In this document: positions 55,832-64,000 of the stretch, in pieces
Position numbering within the stretch: the first letter of the stretch is position 1
Layout: every line of letters starts with the position of its first letter
DNA from: Oculina patagonica
Lineage: Eukaryota
Length of the DNA: 64,000 nt
Assembly: GCF_052425735.1 (NCBI RefSeq)
Contig: NC_135762.1
Location: 13,578,001 to 13,642,000 of the forward strand
Direction: 5' to 3'
Program-made: the position numbers and the translations under genes
The notes under the pieces: generated by a model
The model's database searches: none
Told to the model about the DNA's origin: nothing
The model's input: the letters and a program-made list of their open reading frames with translations, nothing else

Positions 55832-57365
55832 TTGCGCGCCCTCAGAATACACACTTCAGTTCGTTTGCTTTGGATTTGTAACCTTGGTTATTCAAAACAC
55901 AGTCAGTGTTATGAAAATTGTAGACAATACCAGAATGCTATTTTGGATCGGTAAGCACTGCACGAGAGAACTACCACAGCGTTTCTGATATGAAAGCCAG
56001 ATGACTTCCCTCTTGTTCAAGAGAGTTATTGTTACGTAAATCCGGGCGCTTAAGAATGAATTAAAAAGTTCCTTAAAAGTAATCAAAGGAGGTCTTTCTG
56101 GATGAGTGGCTCCGGGCGAAATCTCGCTTGACAGAAACGGTAACTGAAGCAACAATACCAAAAACCTTTTAGTTTTATCTAATTCGCAAACTTTCTAACT
56201 TTCGCGACGTGACCGAGAACGCTAATTTGACAAGCCCATGTCGCACGACCGGGAGATAAGTTCAGAGACCTAAGTAAATGTTGACTCAAATGTGCGTCAA
56301 CTCTCGTATTTACTTACGTATGTTGTCGAGTAAATAAAAAGCCGAGTTCTGTTCAGGTAGTTGTGATCGAGCAAAGAAATGACAGCAAAAGATATCAAAC
56401 AACTCTTAGTTGTGTTAGGTGGTCCTTCATGTGAAAGACTGCCTTTGTCACCCAAGAACACCAAATTGTCAGTATTTTAAATTTGAAAGAAATTTAAAGT
56501 ACACATCCTTTATAAAAAGTGATCGGCATTTTTTTCTTGCTATATCAATTTTAATCAAATCTGACGGCTTATCACTAATCTAAGAGTACTTTCTCTGACA
56601 CTATATATCACATATCTCTCACCCTGACAAAATATCCTTCATATCTCGCAATTTATCTGTCACCTAGCACTTCAAATCAACGACATACTTTCAGCACTGT
56701 CACTTTAACCGGGCTTTTTCGAATACCCAATCATGACACCCAATCATAATAAACCCAGACATATAGTGAGATGGCTCGATTAAAATTATCTTAAAATATT
56801 TAAAAGTAGGTGTGCGGTGTTTTGTAATTGTAATAACATTTCGCCCACAGACTTGTTTTTACGCGGGCCATAATCCAGATAAACATTTTTGTTATTATTT
56901 CTCGTGACACTATATTTGAAAACAGAATAGTTTAGTTTTTTCTAACCACGCAGTTTCTGTTATCGAAAACTAGAGCAAAAATAGTACATTACCTTTAAAT
57001 GAAGGCTACATTTTTTTTTCAAAATCGCCTTTGTTTTATTGAAGATTTCTTGTTTCTTCATGGCGTAATATTCAAAGTTATTTTAAAAGGCGATGAATCT
57101 AGTTACGTAGTTTTAGAATTAACTGCCCACTTTATTTGTTTGATACTTGGAATTAATAAGGGCTAATTATTTTTTTTTGCCCTGAATCGTGGCAATAAAA
57201 GTGACAAGTGAACATCGGTTTTCCCGACAGACAATCGTTTAAGCCGAGAACTCGCCGAAGATCTGCTTCGACCTCTGTTAGGTGCAGCGAACACAAGCAA
57301 TGAAAATACGTTCAATAAAATTACCTTGTTATAGGAAATTAAAGATACATTTTATTAACGCGAAT

Positions 57366-57510
57366 NNNNNNNNNNNNNNNNNNNNNNNNNNNNNNNNNNN
57401 NNNNNNNNNNNNNNNNNNNNNNNNNNNNNNNNNNNNNNNNNNNNNNNNNNNNNNNNNNNNNNNNNNNNNNNNNNNNNNNNNNNNNNNNNNNNNNNNNNNN
57501 NNNNNNNNNN
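57366..57510. other. Assembly gap (145 N), entered from a MITE end at 57323-57365
   Basis: Run of N. Confidence 1.
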
Positions 57511-59048
57511 TTTATTTGTGTATTTGTTCGCAGTGTACAATCATTGTGGCATGTTGTTTATTTTGTCGATTTATCGTCACTGTTAAAATTCCACGTAAGC
57601 ATGTACATCAATTCTCAATAAAAATGTTAGGCGATTACTCTTTTTTGCAATCGAAGTCTCGAGAATATCATTGTTAAATTTCTGTTTTAAAACTGTCTCT
57701 AACTAGTGGGTAATCGCAACTTCGACTGGCGTTCTCTGTCAACAGCAAAGGACAAACTTTTGTTGTTTTTCTATAAACACGATAAACAAAAAGAACAACT
57801 AGTAATAAAAAAAATATTGTTTTTATTACTTGTTCTGGAATGCTCTGGAATGTGATCACATGCGTTCACCTTTTTTGGTTTGATAAACAAAGCCACGTGT
57901 CCAAAACCGTTAACGTTCCAGTTGCGCTAAAATCAGTCAAAATTTTTGGTCAAATCGGGCTTAACGTTCTTATGTAAGAAAGAGCGCATTGTGAAACGTC
58001 GTCGTCATTTGAAGGTAAATGTGGCTACAGTTTTTCCTTCTACATGAAACCTTTTTCGCTAGAAACCGCGTTGATCAAAAACAACGGACAAGAAGCTGTG
58101 AGTTAAAAATAATTGCGGTTTGATATCGGAATGGAGTGAGTGAGTGAGCCAGAGTGAAATAAATCGTCATTTTTAATACCTCATTACCATGAGGAACTAG
58201 TAGTTCTGGCGTTCTCTTATCTATTAAATTAGCTTCATAAAATCAATTCCTGAAAAACAAAAGACCAGCAACTACAAACTCTCTCGTTATTTGTTCTATT
58301 TCGGTTTCTGTCAGTTCTATACCGATATACCCACGCAATCCGACATGATTTTCAGTCGTTTCACTTCAGAGCGATTTTATTATTAAAGTGACGACAAGAA
58401 AAGCAGATAAGCAAAATCTTTTTTGTTTGGAGCGTGTTTTGTCGCATGGACTAACTGATCAATGTCTGATTTGAGAGCCCTTTGTAGTGGTTACAAACAC
58501 TAGGATATTCTAGATCCTTGCGCTCGACGATTACATCTCAATTAACAAACTTGTTCCTGTACGGCTTTTTTTCCAGGCCTTCACGGTACTGTTGACGTCA
58601 CTACTCGTTTCGGTGTGGTATCCGGGGGCGAACGGACCATATGACCCGAAACGGGTTGACCGCGACGAAAATAAAGGCCTAGAAACTAGAAGATTTAACT
58701 ATACAGCGGGGGTTTTATTGCACAAGTTAATTAGTAAAACGGAAAAAAATTGAATTATTCTTTCTTCAGTCAATGAAAAAAAGTAAAACAGAACGAAGTT
58801 TCCCGAAGGAATTTCTCGCCGGTCGGAAAAAAGCATCTTCGTACTCCTTCCAAACTTGTAAAGCATAACGCCAGCCTTAGAAAATTTTCCGGAGAAATAA
58901 ATTCGACCATCATCTATTTCCATTTTTACTGTTTGAACTTTTTTGAAATTCTGTGATTAGAAATCGATGAAAATTTGAGCATCATGATAAAAATTTTTTT
59001 GAGAAAGCCTAGATTGCTAGTAACAGTAGTAATTAATTAAAATTACTG

Positions 59049-59428
59049 TGTCACGGATTTAAGCCAAATTTAGGCATCCGAAAATGGCAACCAAATTGGG
59101 TGAAATATAAAAATAGCCACTTAGAACAGTTAAGGAACATTTCACAGCAAATACGAAAGAAGGTACGGATGGACAACAATTGAACAAGATTGAAACAGAT
59201 TACGATATGGGCTTTTGAAATACTGTTAGGCTAAACAGTTTTTAAAGTCAGTCCTGGTTGTTTGTAACTTTAAATTATAATGCCCAGGATACATATTTGG
59301 TTGTTATGAAGCTATGGTTTTGTCGATTTAAATCCATAGAAGTAATTTTTTCCTAAAACATTAAGTTTCATAGCGAATATTGGCAAAATTCAATTCAAAT
59401 TCAAAGCAGGCTGAACTCAGCCGTGACA
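59049..59428. mobile_element. TGT...ACA terminated MITE (Ginger-like)
   Basis: tgtcacggatttaagcc ... ggctgaactcagccgtgaca. Confidence 0.55.
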
Positions 59429-62400
59429 CCCTCCCTGTAACTCTCGAATCATTGATAATCCCAACGCCATCTCTTTACCAGATCTCTTACCCGCTCGATA
59501 AAAATGACGGGTAGTCTTCGATGGATTGAAAATTGTTACTCTTTCTAGATGGGAAGCTAGTACTTTAGTTGCTTTTGCGTCGCTGGAGTGTTTAATTTCT
59601 ACTAGAAAATGCCCAAATGTTATCCTAAAAAATGCTAAATGGTAGGAAGAAAAACACGGTTGTAATCAGGACTAACATTTCCGGGACGAAATTTGGCAGC
59701 GAAAATTCCATGATAATCCACCGTGATTTGTTTTAAGTATAAATTATTCGCTAACACGTACATGTGCGCTGAACAGTGCTCCGGTTCTCACTTACCCGAT
59801 ATCCCATTCTGATATTGACGCAATTTCACTTCAAATTGATCAGAATGGAGATCTAAACGCTTTTATCTTAATTGGCGTTTATATTGGCTGGATTCTATAA
59901 GCAGAAAAAAGCGTCTGAAGACGATGGGTCGATTTAATTTGATGTTGGCTTGCTTCAAAAGTAGTTCTGAGGGCACGTATTGTAAAGTTTAGAACTTCCC
60001 GAGTTTAGAAAGCCAATTTGATTAGATATATAATCTTTGCGGTGACTAGAGAAGCAAACATTCAACTGAAAAAAAATTCAACCTCTGAGGGCGGGAAGAG
60101 AGAGACCCTGGGAACAAGGTTGTGTAAAATTCCGGCTCGTGAGGTCTGGTTTCTAGCGCTGGCAGAAGTCATTGAGTCGTGTTTTTAGGCAAGACACTTG
60201 TCTTTCACAGCGCCCTTCGCGGCCATTTTGAATTTTTAACTTGCGGTCTGCTGATGATAGGTCTAGAACCGGAACATTACGGGGACTGGGAAGGCCGAGA
60301 AAATTTGGAAATTCTCTGGACATATGATCACGTGACGAGCCATTTTGAAGATAGCTCGGTCCCAGACCTCGTACCAGCTGACAGCGTATTTAAAATTTAA
60401 AATGGCTGCCTAATAACAAGACAGAGCACAGAAATGTCGGTTCTTCTTTTGTGTTATTTTTAGTGTTCAATCTGCTCGTCACGTTCATGTTCGCGTGCCA
60501 TAATTTCACCCAAAACAACAAAATTAAAATTTAATGACTTAGAACTTCCTCAATTCAGATGAGGATTCCTATTTCCTGTTTTTCTGTTTTCGCCACGTAA
60601 TGATGACTTACTCGTAACAGGATTTCAGATAAGTTGTCGTTTAACAAATTTATGATCCATTCGGTTCATCATGGGAAATATAGCCTCTCACTAATGATAA
60701 AAATTAACCTTATTTTACGCCTGCTTAGTGCTTAGTACAATTCAGCAACATTGACTTGACTTATGCCATAAACCTAAGGGGGGTATATGGCCGGATTCAG
60801 CAACATTACCAAATCGTAATTAACGTTCAAAAATTATTTCGTTACAACATCCGCTAGATGTGGGTGCACAGAACTCTGAAGACGTGTTAACTTCAACCAT
60901 CGCCCGTAATAAAATTGTGAAACTGCACCTTTTAATTATTTATGTACCATTATCTAAAAGGTTTTACCCAATCATGATGCAGAGCGTTAGAAAAACAATA
61001 GATATTATGTCCGGTTCTGTTGCTCAAATTTGTTAACAAGAAGCTTCTGGCTAACATATATGACATTGGTTTCTAGGGACTGGTGCTAAAATGCGCCGTT
61101 TTGTGGTTGTGGGTTGTGTTAGTTTTCTCTCGATTTTTCTTGTCTAAATAGAACGAGAACTTGCCATTTAAGTACTTTTTCTGTCAATTTCAAACATTTC
61201 GACTAACTTTCAAGACAGGAATAATATTCCTCTTTGTTTCTTCTGGAAATTAAAATCCGCGCCTACTTTTTTGTGGGAAGTGCCCTAAAACAACTGTGTT
61301 TTATAATCACTAATCTGGCCGCCATCTTGTCGCGTAATATAATTTTCCGGTTTATTTTCCATTATACAGACAACTCAAAGGCCGTCAATTTTGCATAACT
61401 TGAAGGCAATTTTTCTTTATACTAGTTCCCTAATAAAATAATTCTATCTCGTCGCCTTTCATTGACATGAAATGCCCCGAAGCGCCGATTTTATTTACCA
61501 AAATGGCCGCCATCTCGTCGCGGACCGCAATTCATTAGTGTAATTGCTGTTTTTCTAGCATTTTCTCCGCTAACAGTTCATTAAAATTTCTCGTCAAAAT
61601 AATGTTTTCCCAAACTTTTCTTCCGCTTTTATAGTGATTAAAACCCTGTGAACCCTTTGAGTCATGTTTTCCAATGTGGTTGCCATTTTGCAATCGTCAC
61701 GTATCGCAACCAATTTTTAACAACTTCCTTAGAGGAAATTTTATTGTCCTTTGATGGAGAACTCACGAGATAGGTAACGAGTTTCCTTGAATCTTGTAGC
61801 ATTGATGAAAGAGGAAATAACTAAGTTAATTTCGTGAATGCTGATTATCTTTTCGCGAGGCTAAGTCCCCCGCCACACACTAAATACCGCGCTTTGTCAG
61901 CCAATCAGAATGCAAGAATTATTTGAGCTATTTTGCCTATTAAACAAACATCTCTTGTAAGAATGTTGCGATGGCATAGCTACGCGCGTAAAAAGGGAAA
62001 AAGTTCAGCGCTCTGAGAGTTCAAATAAACGTACAGGAATCGTTGTTTGCCAAGCAAAGTAACTGAAAAGAAATCTCCGCTCGATTCAATTCTATGCTAT
62101 TTTATCCCATCAGCGCTCTTACTCGAATAAAGTGAGCTTACTAAACAAATACCGAGCTCGAGATTACAACGGCAACGAGAACGCCGCCAAACTAAAAACT
62201 GTATGATTAGTTCATAAGCTCCGCCCGTACGTTGTACATCTTGCTACATGTCCGCTTAATTTCAGTTCTCTGCAAAACAATGACGCAAAATAACCAAATT
62301 ACATATTCAACTGGAGCTAGTTCGTCAAGGGAGAGATATTATAATTAGATCTAGATAATCTGAAGATTTTTAACTAAAATACACCGCATTTATTTTTCAC

Positions 62401-62746
62401 TTAGCGTTGTCCTCGGCGGCGGCGTCGTAACCGCTTAAGCTCCCTAATACCAAAACAACGTTTTTCTTAACTATCAGTTTTCCGTAATCAATCCTGCTAA
62501 TCGATTGCAGTAATCTCATTTGGTCTTCAAAAGTAAATACCACAGTCCTAATCCGACCGAAGACAAACAAACTTTTACTAGGGATCGATTCAACGAGAAA
62601 AATATAATTTTTTGACTATAACTGAACCAGGAATAAACAGCTGATTAGCTGCATATAGATAAAATAAACTTTACGGAAATTAAACTGCATGAAATTTGAA
62701 TTTCAGGCTTCCATGATAATGATTTTTAGGTCGCTCGGCCAAAAAC

Positions 62747-62878
62747 GTAAGTGTCCGACTTGCTTGACTGAAGTCGGACTTGGAATGCGAGTACCTTGTG
62801 GGCCATTTTTGGTAAGCAAAACTGGCGATGCGGGATGAACCGAACGCGGAGTTAAGGTGCCAAAGTTGACGCTAATCA
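62747..62878 (+). pseudogene. Dispersed 28S rRNA fragment (~130 bp)
   Basis: gtgggccatttttggtaagcaaaactggcgatgcgggatgaaccgaacgcggagttaaggtgccaaag matches the conserved eukaryotic LSU core with a few substitutions; no flanking rDNA. Confidence 0.85.
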
Positions 62879-64000
62879 AGTTCACAGGGTCTTCTCCGCC
62901 AACTCGCGAATAACCTGGTTTTGCATACTTTAATTGGCCGCGCAGCAAAGCTGGCTGGCTTATTGTTGTTGTTATTTTCAATTTCAAGACTTAAAATAAA
63001 AAAAACGTTAGCATGGTTTCAACTCGCATGCACTGTTTCAAATCCTTTTGCGTTATAGGCATTGTCCGTATCACTAAATAGGCAAGTAGACTGGGAACGA
63101 GGAAGATTGAGAAAGCTTCCAGCAGCTTCAATTAACAAGAAGATAGCGTCAAAGTTATACTACCAAAATTCCCATAACCGACATGGAAAGAAATCTCTTG
63201 AAATTGAGAATAATAATATTCCCAACTGTGTTCGACGTTTGCTTTTCGTCCGTTTACCGAAGAGTTTATCGATTCCTTGCAAACTAGCTACTTAAGCACA
63301 AATACAGGAAGCTTATTGATGTATCTTTGACTCCACACTTTGGCAACATGTCAAATAATTTTCCAAACGTTTCGATAATTACTTCCTGCAAATAGTGTCT
63401 TCGATCTATCTTGTGAAAATATCGAACGCAACTGCACGTACGATATCAAACTTGACGCACGCCATTCCGTGCCGCGTTCATGCTCGTCAGAGGGGCAAAC
63501 ACTCCTTTTTGAATTTTCGTCAGCCAAAATCAATACACAGAATGTATACGCAGTAGTATTTTTTTATTTTTAATACTTTGTACAGACTTCCCGCCTTCGT
63601 TTAATCATTTTATCAAAGTAAATTGGGGCTCAAAGCCGAAAACTTTAACATTTTTACACGAATAATATGTTTAAGTATGAACAATCTATTTTCCTACCTC
63701 GATGAAGAATATGTGTTTATTACAATCTGATTGCAATAAATTTATATAACATTTTCAAGAATATAGTTTTAAAAGAAAAATTGATATAAGGAAATGTCGA
63801 TTTTGTGAATTTTTTCTTTTTTGATTACTTTAATATATAGTTTTTACCAAAAAACCAATGTCTAAAATATTGTTTAACGTCTATGCTTTTTCTCTTTATA
63901 CTTATACCTCCCTCCAACTGCTTCCGACTTTAATCCTATTCAATTTTACCAGCTTAATCAACATATATTTGCAAACAACGCTGTTTCCCTGAAAGATGTG

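Noticed and set aside
57282-57677. ORFs spanning the N run
   Set aside because: Artefacts of the assembly gap.
62703-62987. 94-aa minus-strand ORF
   Set aside because: Antisense translation of the 28S rRNA fragment.

Overview
Eukaryotic, intron-rich, AT-rich animal genomic DNA. It is most likely a stony coral or other anthozoan, inferred from the repeat families and gene style rather than proven. Four protein-coding genes can be reconstructed by splicing, and most of them are missed by the ORF track. (1) 3257-18500 (+): an 11-exon, 819-aa secreted 'mini-SVEP1'-like matrix protein (signal peptide, 3 TSP1-like repeats, sushi, 2 HYR, sushi, furin-site linker, GCC2/GCC3 repeats). Its putative non-coding last exon lies inside a ~1.75-kb tandem duplication. 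(2) 25984-28394 (+): a hidden 2-exon gene for a 138-aa secreted protein with a basic linker and a very Asp/Ser-rich tail. It is a candidate skeletal-matrix (biomineralisation) protein and the most interesting find. (3) 32544-50218 (+): MELK, 23 coding exons, 634 aa. (4) 55310-55831 (-): an intronless 173-aa orphan with a PKA-pseudosubstrate-like RRHAI motif. The rest is dense with MITEs, CORE-type and tRNA-derived SINEs, LINE and Penelope fragments, mini- and microsatellites, a 28S rRNA fragment and a 145-N assembly gap.
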